Both the position numbers and the translations under genes were made by a program. From Candidatus Dormiibacterota bacterium (GTDB taxonomy: Bacteria; Chloroflexota; Dormibacteria; Dormibacterales; Dormibacteraceae), in assembly GCA_035263645.1 (NCBI GenBank), contig DATFRD010000350.1, forward strand, positions 1 through 54,468: a stretch of DNA of 54,468 bases. Direction: 5' to 3'. Below the pieces are notes generated by a model. The model was not told the DNA's origin and did not search any database. It saw only the letters and a list, made by a program, of their open reading frames with translations. Numbering within the stretch: position 1 is the first letter of the stretch; each line of letters opens with the position of its first letter. Shown one piece after another: positions 17,369 through 26,101 of this stretch.

Positions 17369-19102
17369 CTAGGGGGCCTGCGCCCCCTCTGCCCCCTCCG
17401 GGAGAGCGGGCGGAGGCGACGGGATCGCCTCGAGCCCCGTCTTCGTGTCCGGTGCATCGCCCCGAGCGGCTCCGCGGAGCACCGACGCCGCCCCCGCTGC
17501 AGCGCACATCACGAGGCAGACCGCCAGCGCCGTGTGGATGCCCTCGACGAACGGCTGCGCCAGCAGGCCGGCGAAGAAATGAGGATCGCTGACCCTGGCC
17601 GAGATCGGCGGCGGGAGGGATGCGAGCAGAGGGGCCGGCACCAGGTGGACGATCGGGTTGTAGCCGAGCAGGGCCGCGAAGATCGCCGCGCCGGCCGGCA
17701 GCGAGGCCAGCACTTGGGCCATCTGCGCCGGCATCCCGGCCGCCGCCGCACCCAGGCTGAGCCGCGGCCCCAGCGTCCGGGAGAGGCTGCCGATGACGAT
17801 GGTGAAGAAGACCGCCTGGCTGGCAGTCATCCCGGCCGTGAGGACGGTCGCACGCATGCCGGCGCCGGAGCCGCGATGCTCGGCGGGCAGCGAGCCCATG
17901 ATCTGCGACGTGTTGGGTGCGCTGAAGAGGCCCATCCCTGCGCCCATCAACATCAGGTAGCCGGCGAACTCGACGAGGTTGAAGTCGGCCGGCAGCGTCG
18001 TCAGCAGCGCGGCCGCCAGCCCAGCGATCAGGATGCCGACGGTCGCCAGCACGCGAGCCCCGTAGCGGTCGCTCAGCCAGCCGCCCAGGGGTCCGCAGAT
18101 GACGAAGCCCACCATCATCGGCATGATGTCGATGCCGGCCTGCAGCGGCGTGTCCTCGTAACGCACGCCGTGGAGCGGCAGCCAGATCCCCTGCAGCCAG
18201 ATGATGAGCATGAACTGCAGGCCGCCGCGGGCCAGCGAGAACAGGAACGCGGCGATGTTGCCGCAGAGGAACCCTCGTATCCGGAAGAGCGCGAGGTTGA
18301 ACATCGGATAGGGCACGCGCGACTCGACGAGGACGAAGACCGACAGCAGCAGGACGCCGAGCGCCAGCGAAGCCAGCACGGTGGGGTTGGACCAGCCCAT
18401 GCTGCTGGCGCCGAAGGGCATGAGCGCCTCGGTGAGGCCGAATACGAGCGCCAGCAGGCCGAGGGCGAAGGTGACGTTGCCCAGCCAGTCCGGCGGCTGG
18501 ACCTCGTGCACGCCGATCTCCCGCAGAGCCCTGAAGGCCCAGATCGAGCCCACCACGCCCACGGGGACGCTGATCAGGAAGTCGAGCCGCCAGTTGATGG
18601 CGGCGACCAGGCCGCCGAGCACCACGCCGATCACGTTGCCGCCGATGAAGGCGATCTGGTTGATGCCCAGCGAGAGACCTCTCTGGCTGAGCGGGAAGGC
18701 GTCGGTGAGGATGGCGACGCTGTTGGAGAAGACCATGGCGCCGCCGACCGCCTGCACGACGCGAAAACCGATCAGCTCCAGCGCGCCCGTGGTTCCGGTG
18801 GACGGCGTGAGGGCGCAGAGCAGCGACCCCACCGTGAAGACCACGAAGCCGAGGTTGTAGAGGCGTACCCGTCCGAACATGTCCGCCAGGCGGCCGAAGC
18901 TGACCAGCAGCATGGTCGTGACGGCGGCGTTGCCGATCATGATCCAGATCAGGAGGCTCGAGGCGCCGGGAGCGAGCGGGTCGACCCTGAGACCGCTGAA
19001 GATGGCAGGCAGTCCGATCATGACGATGGTCTGGTTGATGGAGGCCATCAGCATGCCGATCGTCGTGTTGATCAGCGCGATCCACTTGTATTCGAGCTTC
19101 AT
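17369..19102 (-). CDS. MFS transporter, DHA2/EmrB-like (14 TMS)
   Basis: 577 aa, about 14 hydrophobic segments, motif GRLADMFGRVRLY. ATGA overlap with the upstream marR stop. Confidence 0.9.
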   Translation of the reverse strand: MKLEYKWIALINTTIGMLMASINQTIVMIGLPAIFSGLRVDPLAPGASSLLIWIMIGNAAVTTMLLVSFGRLADMFGRVRLYNLGFVVFTVGSLLCALTPSTGTTGALELIGFRVVQAVGGAMVFSNSVAILTDAFPLSQRGLSLGINQIAFIGGNVIGVVLGGLVAAINWRLDFLISVPVGVVGSIWAFRALREIGVHEVQPPDWLGNVTFALGLLALVFGLTEALMPFGASSMGWSNPTVLASLALGVLLLSVFVLVESRVPYPMFNLALFRIRGFLCGNIAAFLFSLARGGLQFMLIIWLQGIWLPLHGVRYEDTPLQAGIDIMPMMVGFVICGPLGGWLSDRYGARVLATVGILIAGLAAALLTTLPADFNLVEFAGYLMLMGAGMGLFSAPNTSQIMGSLPAEHRGSGAGMRATVLTAGMTASQAVFFTIVIGSLSRTLGPRLSLGAAAAGMPAQMAQVLASLPAGAAIFAALLGYNPIVHLVPAPLLASLPPPISARVSDPHFFAGLLAQPFVEGIHTALAVCLVMCAAAGAASVLRGAARGDAPDTKTGLEAIPSPPPALPEGAEGAQAP

Positions 19103-19566
19103 CGCGTCGCCACCACGGCCGCCGCTGCCTCCGGGTCGGCCTCGCGGACAGCGCCGACGAAGTCCTGCAGCGCCGCGGTGATGCGCCGGCGGTCGTCCGG
19201 CGCCAGGTTCTCTGCTGCGGCCCAGATCGGCGTGCCGTCCAGGAGCGGCACGGCCGCGACGAGGTCGCGTCCGGCGGGCCTCAGCGCAGCGACGACCCGG
19301 CGCCGGTCGGGATCGTCGCGCCGCCGCTCGACCAGGCCCCGCTCCTCCAGACGGTCGATCAGGCGCGTCATCGAGGTCGGCGATATGCCCAGCTCCACGG
19401 CCAGCTCGCCGAGGGCGCGCGGCCCACGGGCCAGCCTGCGGAGCACCCGGATCTGCGCCAGCGTCAGCATGGCGGCCTTCCAGATCCGGCTCTGGACACC
19501 CTCGCTGAGGCCGACGGCGTCGAGATACGCGCGCAGCAGAGCCACGACCTCCGGATCCGTTGACAT
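19099..19566 (-). CDS. MarR family transcriptional regulator
   Basis: Winged HTH LTLAQIRVLRRLARGPRALGELAVELGISPTSMTRLIDRLEERGLVERRRDDPDRRRV. Start ATG 19566 (MSTDPEV), because upstream is an AT-rich promoter-like stretch. Confidence 0.85.
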   Translation of the reverse strand: MSTDPEVVALLRAYLDAVGLSEGVQSRIWKAAMLTLAQIRVLRRLARGPRALGELAVELGISPTSMTRLIDRLEERGLVERRRDDPDRRRVVAALRPAGRDLVAAVPLLDGTPIWAAAENLAPDDRRRITAALQDFVGAVREADPEAAAAVVATR

Positions 19567-19573
19567 CACGACA

Positions 19574-19592
19574 ATGTTACACAAAAGTGCAA
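19574..19592 (-). promoter_or_regulatory. candidate leaderless promoter -10 (TAACAT, 7 nt before the ATG) overlapping imperfect inverted repeat TTGCAC-TTTT-GTGTAA
   Basis: Minus strand reads GATTGCACTTTTGTGTAACATTGTCGTG-ATG. TANNNT hexamer at 19579..19574; inverted repeat at 19577..19592 (5/6 arms). Confidence 0.35.
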
Positions 19593-19700
19593 TCATCGCG
19601 GCACGACGACGTTCGCGCCCGGCCAGGGTGACGGCGGTCACGGTTCACGCGTGACCCCCGGGACTTCCGCTTCGGCGCGGTCCGCCCTTACCGTTTGGTC

Positions 19701-20396
19701 ATGACAACCGACCCACTGAGCCTGGCGGAGGAGCTCGTGCTGCTCGCGGTGCAGACCTCGCCGACCGCCCACTCCGCCGACGCGCTGGACATCGGCGCCA
19801 TCGGCGCCGAGGTGGTCGAGCTCGCTCTGGCAGGACGGCTCCAGATGAGCGACGGCAGGGCCCTGGTCACGGAGCCGAAGCCCCTCGGAGATCCGCTGCT
19901 GGACGCCCGCCTCGCCGACCTGGCCGCCGCCCGGAAGCCACAGAAGCTTCACCGGTACCTGGGGCAGCGCAGGCGCGGTCTGCGAGGCGCGTACCTGGGA
20001 CGGCTCGCAGCCGCGGGCCTGGTGGAGGAGCGGCAGTCGCGTGCCCTGGGCCTCTTTCCCTACCGGCGCTGGTATCTGACGGCAGCCGGCGAGGCCGCCG
20101 CCCCCCGCCGACGGCTGGACGAGGTCGTCCAGGGCGGCGCCAGCCCGGGGCCTCGCACGCTTGCGCTGGCCGCGCTGGCCCGCGCCACGCGGATGGACCG
20201 GGCGCTCTATCCGGGCCGCGACGGCCGGTCGGACCGGGCCCGCCTGGAGAGCATCGCCCGCGGCCACCAGATGGGCCAGGACGTCGCGCGGGCGCTCGCG
20301 ACGCTCGAGGCCGTGAACTCGGCGATCACCACCGCGGTGACCATGGCCGCGTTCGCGGGGACGGACGGCGGGCACGGGGGCCACGGCGGGCACTGA
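19701..20396 (+). CDS. GPP34/GOLPH3 family protein
   Basis: LSLAEELVLLAV ... GAIGAEVVELALAGRL ... LLDARLADL ... GLVEE is typical of actinobacterial GPP34. ATG 19701 (TTG 19695 possible). Ends in GGHGGHGGH. Confidence 0.8.
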   Translation: MTTDPLSLAEELVLLAVQTSPTAHSADALDIGAIGAEVVELALAGRLQMSDGRALVTEPKPLGDPLLDARLADLAAARKPQKLHRYLGQRRRGLRGAYLGRLAAAGLVEERQSRALGLFPYRRWYLTAAGEAAAPRRRLDEVVQGGASPGPRTLALAALARATRMDRALYPGRDGRSDRARLESIARGHQMGQDVARALATLEAVNSAITTAVTMAAFAGTDGGHGGHGGH

Positions 20397-20417
20397 GGTC
20401 GTGGCCCAGGACGTGCC

Positions 20418-21389
20418 TCAGCCCTCGGTGCGGCGCCTGTTCAGACGCCTCCTGCCCTCGTGCATCGCCTGGACCCGGGCGACCGGGATCCCCCGGCCCT
20501 CCTCGACGAGGTCCGCGCCGAGCCGCTGCGGCCGGGGCATGTGGTCGGCCCACGGGTCGGCGTCGCCGACCAGCCTGGCCGCGGTGCGCAGCGTGAAGTC
20601 GCCCGGCGCGACGCGATCGAGGTCGTCCCAGGCCAGCGGGAACGACACCGGCACACCCGGACGCACGCGCGGGCTGTACGCGGCCACGACGGTCCCGCCG
20701 CCGGCTCGGGTCGAATCGATGAACACCCTCCCGGCCCGATCCTCCCGCAGGAACGCCGTGGTGGCGAGCGCCGGGTCCAGGCGCTCGGCCCGAGCCGCGA
20801 TCGCGCGCGTCGCCGCGGCCACGTCCTCGACCGTCGCCGTCGCCTCGATCGGCACGAACACGTGCAGGCCCTTCGCGCCGCTGGTCTTGACCGCGCCCGC
20901 CAGGCCGGCCTCGGCCAGGACCTGGCGGACCAGCCGGGCGGCGCGGACGGCCGGCCGGAACCCGTCGGCGGACGGGGGATCGAGGTCCAGCACGACCTGG
21001 GTCGGACAGTCCGGGCAGTCGGCTCGCAGCAGGGCCGGGTGGTACTCCACGGCACGCTGGTTGGCGAACCACAGCAGCGTCCGGCGGTCGTTGCACAGGG
21101 CATAGGACACCTCTCGCTTCGAGGTCTCCGCCCAGAAGCGCACGGTCGCCACCCACGGCGGGGTGTACGCGGGGACGTTCTTCTGCATGAACGGCGCCTG
21201 GCCGCGCAGCACCCGGACCACCGAGAGCGGCCGGTCCCGCAGCACCGGGATGATCCGGTCGTGCAGCGTGTCGAGGTAGTCGACCAGATCGCGCTTCGTC
21301 GCGTCCGCGCCGTCGAACAGCGGCTGGTCGAGGTTGGTCAGCGACACCCCGTCACGCACCTCGTCGTTGCCGGTCACGGAGACCATCAT
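20418..21389 (-). CDS. non-homologous end joining polymerase/primase (LigD Pol domain, stand-alone)
   Basis: AEP primase-polymerase pattern LTNLDQPLF, VVLDLDP, SGAKGLHVFVPI, VFIDSTR. Confidence 0.9.
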   Translation of the reverse strand: MMVSVTGNDEVRDGVSLTNLDQPLFDGADATKRDLVDYLDTLHDRIIPVLRDRPLSVVRVLRGQAPFMQKNVPAYTPPWVATVRFWAETSKREVSYALCNDRRTLLWFANQRAVEYHPALLRADCPDCPTQVVLDLDPPSADGFRPAVRAARLVRQVLAEAGLAGAVKTSGAKGLHVFVPIEATATVEDVAAATRAIAARAERLDPALATTAFLREDRAGRVFIDSTRAGGGTVVAAYSPRVRPGVPVSFPLAWDDLDRVAPGDFTLRTAARLVGDADPWADHMPRPQRLGADLVEEGRGIPVARVQAMHEGRRRLNRRRTEG

Positions 21390-21422
21390 CCCGCGGCGGC
21401 GCCGGTCAGGGAGCGCGGCCGG

Positions 21423-22496
21423 TCAGGCCCGGCGGCCCACCGAGAGCACCTGGGCCAGGTCGTACCGCACCGGCTCGTCGAGCTGGGCGTACGTGCAGCT
21501 CCGCGGGTCGCGGTCCGGCCGCCAGCGCTCGAAGTGGGCCGGGTGCCGGAAGCGGGTGCCCTCCATGTGCTCGTACGTGACCTCGCAGACCAGGTCCGGC
21601 CTCAGCGGGATCCACGAGAGATCCTTCTTGGCGTTCCAGCGGCTGACGGCGCCGGGCAGGCGCCCCGACAGGTGCGCCTCGGCCCGCGCCCACTCTCCCC
21701 ACGGATGCCCCGCGAAGTCCGGCATCTCGTACGGCCTCAGCTCGTCCACGAGCTCCGCGCGCCTCTGAGCGGGAAAGGAGGCAGCGACCCCGACGTGCTG
21801 GAGCGCGCCGGCGGCGTCGTACAGGCCCAGCAGGAGCGACCCGACGATGGGCCCGGTCTTGTGCCAGCGGTAGCCGGCCACGACACAGTCGGCGGTGCGC
21901 TCGTGCTTGATCTTGAACATCGCCCGCTGGTCCGGCCTGTACAGCAGGTCGAACGGCTTGGCGATGACGCCGTCGAGCCCGGCGCCCTCGAACTGCTCGA
22001 ACCAGGCCCGGGCTACCTCGACGTCCGTCGTCCCGGCGGCGATGTGCACCGGGGGCTGCGCGCCCTCCAGGGCCGCCTGCAGGCGCTCGCGCCGGCGGCT
22101 GAACGGCTCGTCCATCAGCGACTCGTCGCCCAGGGCAAGCAGGTCGAAGGCGACGAAGGAGGCCGGGATCTCCCTGGCCAGGAGGTTGACGCGGGAGTCG
22201 GCCGGGTGAATGCGCAGCAGCAGCGACTCGAACTCCAGCCGGTCGCCCTGGATGATCACGACCTCGCCGTCGACCACGCAGCGCGGGGGCAGGTTGGCCT
22301 TCAGCGACTCGACCAGCTCCGGGAAGTAGCGGGTCATGGGCCGCTCGTTGCGGCTGCCCAGCTCCACCTCGTCGCCGTCGCGGAAGACGATCGAGCGGAA
22401 GCCGTCCCACTTCGCCTCGTAATGCATGCCGGGCGGGATCGCGCGCACCGCCTTCGCCAGCATCGGGCTGATCGGCGGCATCACCGGGAGTTGCAC
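21423..22496 (-). CDS. ATP-dependent DNA ligase (LigD ligase domain/LigC-like, stand-alone)
   Basis: N-terminus MQLPVMPPISPMLAK. Adenylation motif I EAKWDGFR, followed by nucleotidyltransferase and OB regions. Confidence 0.92.
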   Translation of the reverse strand: MQLPVMPPISPMLAKAVRAIPPGMHYEAKWDGFRSIVFRDGDEVELGSRNERPMTRYFPELVESLKANLPPRCVVDGEVVIIQGDRLEFESLLLRIHPADSRVNLLAREIPASFVAFDLLALGDESLMDEPFSRRRERLQAALEGAQPPVHIAAGTTDVEVARAWFEQFEGAGLDGVIAKPFDLLYRPDQRAMFKIKHERTADCVVAGYRWHKTGPIVGSLLLGLYDAAGALQHVGVAASFPAQRRAELVDELRPYEMPDFAGHPWGEWARAEAHLSGRLPGAVSRWNAKKDLSWIPLRPDLVCEVTYEHMEGTRFRHPAHFERWRPDRDPRSCTYAQLDEPVRYDLAQVLSVGRRA

Positions 22497-22804
22497 GCCA
22501 CCATGATGGCGCGCGCGGGCGGCCGGGGTCAGAGCCGCGGGCGATCAGCACGAGATCCCGGTCGATGAGCCGGACGTCGTGCGACGGCAGCCTGTGCCGC
22601 CACGTTTGGGCTGCCGTCCGCATGTCCGAGGTCATTGTGAGCCCTCACCTGGGCCTGTCCCGCTCCCGTCCGCCGGGCCGACGGGACAGTTGGCCCAGCG
22701 TTTGCTTGCCATCGGCCGGAACGTCTGCCGCGACGGCCCATTGCCGGGACCGCTTGCCGGCCCCATCGTCGCTGTCAAATCCAGGGAGGTGCGTCGGTCG
22801 AGAG

Positions 22805-25800
22805 ATGGTGCGAGGGACCAGGCCCGGCTACCGGTTCCGCAGGATCGGGCTGCGCGCGGCGATCTGCTTCATGCTGGCGGGGTTCGTGGTCGCCCAGGCC
22901 GACCAGGGCGGGCGGGCGGCAGGCGTGGCGCAGGGCCTGCCGCTGGCCGGCGTCGCGTCCGACCCGGCCACGACCGGCCAGTGGGGCGCCCTGATGAACT
23001 GGCCCCTCGTGGCCGTTCACACATCCCTGCTACGGACCGGCAAGATCCTGACCTGGGACGCATGGGAGACCGGCGGCACCCCCTCGGTCCGGCTCTGGGA
23101 CCCGGCCACCGGGGCCTTCACCTCGGTGCCCAACCAGACCTCGCAGATCTTCTGCTCCGGCCTCGCCCAGCTCCCCGACGGCCGGCTGATGGTGATCGGC
23201 GGCCACAACGGCGGCGAGGTCGGGATCACGGACAGCAACGTCTTCGACCCGGCCACCAACCAGTGGTCGCTTCTGTCCTCCATGAACTCCGCCCGCTGGT
23301 ATCCGAGCCTCACCGAGCTGGGCGACGGCCGGATGGCGGCCATGAGCGGCCAGACCACGCCGGGCAGCTACGCCGACACGCCGGAGCTCTACTCACCCGC
23401 CTCGGGAGGCTGGACCAGCCTGACCGGCGCGAGCAGCTCGTTTGTGCACGACGACGGCTATCCGCTCTCGTTCCTGCTGCCCAACGGGCGGCTGTTCGTG
23501 TTCGACCCCGAGGGCGGCCACCTCGGCATCCTCGACCCGACCGCGGGCACGTTCGCCGCCGGACCGATCAGCCCCATTCGCTTCGGCGCCGCCGCGATGT
23601 ACCGCCCGGGCAAGATCCTGGTCAGCGGCGGTGGAGCCGCCTGGTCGGCGCCTACCACCGGCGCGACCGAGATCATCGACATGACGGCGGCCAGCCCGGC
23701 CTGGCAGCCCGCGGCGCCCATGGCCTACGGGCGCTACCAGCACGACCTGGTCGTGCTGGCCGATGGCCAGGTGCTGGCGGTGGGCGGCTCCGCCGACGTC
23801 GACCAGGCGGACCTGAACGGGCCGCTCCCGACCGAGATCTGGAACCCGCAGACGCAGACCTGGAGCGCCGCCGCGGCGCTGTCCAACCCGCGCATGTACC
23901 ACTCGACGGCGCTGCTGCTACCCGACGGGACGGTGCTGGCGGCCGGCGGCGGCCGCTGGACCACCGCACACGACTACCAGACCGCCGAGATCTACTCGCC
24001 GCCCTACCTGTTCAAGGGCGCTCGACCCACGATCACGTCAGCCCCCGCCAGCGCCGCGTACGGGGCCACCATGACCCTGCAGACGCCCGACGCCGCGTCG
24101 ATCTCCTCGGTGGCGCTGGTCGGCCTGGGGTCCGTCACGCACACCCTGGACATGGACCAGCGCTACGTGCCCCTCGGCTTCACCGCCGGCAGCGGCACGC
24201 TCAGCGTGCAGGCGCCCGCAGACCCCAACCTGGCCCCGCCCGGAACGTACATGCTCTTCATCCTGAACGGCAGCGGCGTGCCGTCGATCGCGAAGTTCGT
24301 GCAGATCGGCTCGGTGCCGCAGTCCTCGCAGCCGGCGCTGCGCACCCAGGCCACCACGACCAACGGGTACACGGTGAGCAGGCCGAACGGGGTGCCGGCC
24401 GGCGACGTGATGCTCGCGTCGCTGGAGGTGGACGCAGACCCGGTCACGGTGACGGCACCCGCCGGCTGGACGCGGCTGGTGGACAGGATCGTGGGGGCGG
24501 GGACGACGTCGGCCTTCCACGCGCAGCTCTGGTCTCACGTGGCGGGCTCGTCCGAGCCCAGCGCGTACACCTTCACGCCGTCAGTGGGCGCCTGGGTGGA
24601 CATCGGCCTTCTCGACTACGCGAACGTCGACCCGACCTCGCCTGTCGACGCCGTCAGCGCGCGGGACGCCGGCGTGACCAGCACCCCCAGCACCGACTCC
24701 GTGACCACAACGGCAGCGGGCGATCTGGTGATCGGGCTCTTTCAGAACTACGTGAACGGCACCTGGACCGCCGGGCCCGGCCTGACCAAGCGGTACGACT
24801 TCGACGGCAACCTGGCGGAGGACGTGATCCAGGGCGCCGCCGGTCCGACCGGCGCCAGGACGGCCACCAGCAGCGTGGCGGGCCGCACCGCGGCCCTGAT
24901 CGTGACGCTGAGGGCCCGGTCCTCCGACACGCAGCCTCCCAGCGTCTCCGTGACGTCGCCGGCGGCAGGCGCCACCGTCTCCGGCTCGGTGGTCGGCCTG
25001 GCCGCCAGCGCCTCCGACAACGTCGGAGTGACCGCGGTGCAGTTCAGCCTGGACGGCGCCGACATCGGCCCGCGGCTGACATCCGCGCCCTACAGCTTCG
25101 CCTGGGACAGCACCGGCACGCCCAACGGGACCCACACAATCTCCGCGCGCGCCTGGGACGCGGCAGGCAACGTGGGCAGCGCGGCGCCCGTGAGCCTGAC
25201 GGTGTCGAACCCCGTGCCCGCGGCCCCCGTGATCTCGAACGTGGGCGTGAGCGGGCTGACGGCGACCGGGGCGACCGTCACCTGGACGACTGACACCCCC
25301 TCGGACAGCACGGTGGAGTACGGGACGACCACGGCCTACGGGCAGAGCGCTGCCTCCGCGGGCCTGGTGACCAGCCACCTGCAGACGCTGAGCGGCCTGA
25401 GCGGGGGGACGCAGTACCACTACCGGGTCGACAGCAAGGACGCCTACGGGCAGGTGAGCATGTCCGGGGACGGGACGTTCACCACCGCGACCGCGGTGCC
25501 GGCGTTCCGGTCGGCGTCGACGGCGACGGACTCCCGGACCGTGAGCAGGCCGAGCGGGGTGGTGGCCGGGGACCTGCTGCTGGCCAGCCTGGAGGTGGAC
25601 GCGGACCCGGTGACCGTGACCGGGCCGGCGGGCTGGACCCTGCTCCAGGACACGGTTGCGGGCGCGGGAACAGCGTCGGCGTTCCACGCGCAGATGTGGT
25701 ACCGGGTGGCGGGCAGCGCGGAGCCGGGCTCGTACACGTGGAGCGTGAACCAGCCGGTGTGGACGGACGTCGGCCTGGTCGCCTACAAGAACGTGAACGC

Positions 25801-26089
25801 CTCAGCGCCGATCGACGTCAGCGCCGGCCGTGACGCCGGGACGACGAGCCAGCCGCAGACGAGCGGGATCACGACGACCTCCGCCAATGACCTCGTGGTG
25901 GCGATGTTCGTGAACTACAACTTCGGGACCTGGACGGCGGGCCCGGGCATGACCGGGCGCTACGACTTCGACAGCAACCTGGCCGAGGACGGCCTGGCGC
26001 CGGCGGCAGGGCCGGTGGCGGCCCGCTCGGCGACGAACACGGCTGCGGGGCCGACGACGGCGCAGGTGGTGGCGTTGAGAGCGCCCTGA
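22805..26089 (+). CDS. secreted or membrane-anchored galactose/glyoxal oxidase-like copper radical oxidase with Ig-like, FN3 and two unassigned repeated domains
   Basis: ATG 22805 within ORF 22565..26089. N-terminal hydrophobic anchor/signal RIGLRAAICFMLAGFVVAQA. Kelch-type propeller with IFCSG, RWYPS, MYHST and SVTHT motifs. DUF1929-like E-set (PTITSAP ... PGTYMLFILNG ... PSIAKFV). Confidence 0.85.
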   Translation: MVRGTRPGYRFRRIGLRAAICFMLAGFVVAQADQGGRAAGVAQGLPLAGVASDPATTGQWGALMNWPLVAVHTSLLRTGKILTWDAWETGGTPSVRLWDPATGAFTSVPNQTSQIFCSGLAQLPDGRLMVIGGHNGGEVGITDSNVFDPATNQWSLLSSMNSARWYPSLTELGDGRMAAMSGQTTPGSYADTPELYSPASGGWTSLTGASSSFVHDDGYPLSFLLPNGRLFVFDPEGGHLGILDPTAGTFAAGPISPIRFGAAAMYRPGKILVSGGGAAWSAPTTGATEIIDMTAASPAWQPAAPMAYGRYQHDLVVLADGQVLAVGGSADVDQADLNGPLPTEIWNPQTQTWSAAAALSNPRMYHSTALLLPDGTVLAAGGGRWTTAHDYQTAEIYSPPYLFKGARPTITSAPASAAYGATMTLQTPDAASISSVALVGLGSVTHTLDMDQRYVPLGFTAGSGTLSVQAPADPNLAPPGTYMLFILNGSGVPSIAKFVQIGSVPQSSQPALRTQATTTNGYTVSRPNGVPAGDVMLASLEVDADPVTVTAPAGWTRLVDRIVGAGTTSAFHAQLWSHVAGSSEPSAYTFTPSVGAWVDIGLLDYANVDPTSPVDAVSARDAGVTSTPSTDSVTTTAAGDLVIGLFQNYVNGTWTAGPGLTKRYDFDGNLAEDVIQGAAGPTGARTATSSVAGRTAALIVTLRARSSDTQPPSVSVTSPAAGATVSGSVVGLAASASDNVGVTAVQFSLDGADIGPRLTSAPYSFAWDSTGTPNGTHTISARAWDAAGNVGSAAPVSLTVSNPVPAAPVISNVGVSGLTATGATVTWTTDTPSDSTVEYGTTTAYGQSAASAGLVTSHLQTLSGLSGGTQYHYRVDSKDAYGQVSMSGDGTFTTATAVPAFRSASTATDSRTVSRPSGVVAGDLLLASLEVDADPVTVTGPAGWTLLQDTVAGAGTASAFHAQMWYRVAGSAEPGSYTWSVNQPVWTDVGLVAYKNVNASAPIDVSAGRDAGTTSQPQTSGITTTSANDLVVAMFVNYNFGTWTAGPGMTGRYDFDSNLAEDGLAPAAGPVAARSATNTAAGPTTAQVVALRAP

Positions 26090-26101
26090 GGGCACGATAT
26101 C

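Noticed and set aside
17364-19654. 573-aa (-) and 706-aa (+) ORFs overlapping the MFS and marR genes
   Set aside because: They are an out-of-frame ORF and an antisense ORF. Both are hydrophilic and Arg/His/Asp-rich, whereas the 17369..19102 frame gives a clean 14-helix MFS protein.
20460-22568. 702-aa plus-strand ORF
   Set aside because: It lies antisense to the LigD-Pol and ligase genes and has no motifs.
22579-25293. 904-aa plus-strand ORF in an alternative frame of the oxidase gene
   Set aside because: It is Arg/Pro/Gly-rich, while the 22565 frame contains Kelch, DUF1929, Ig and FN3 patterns.
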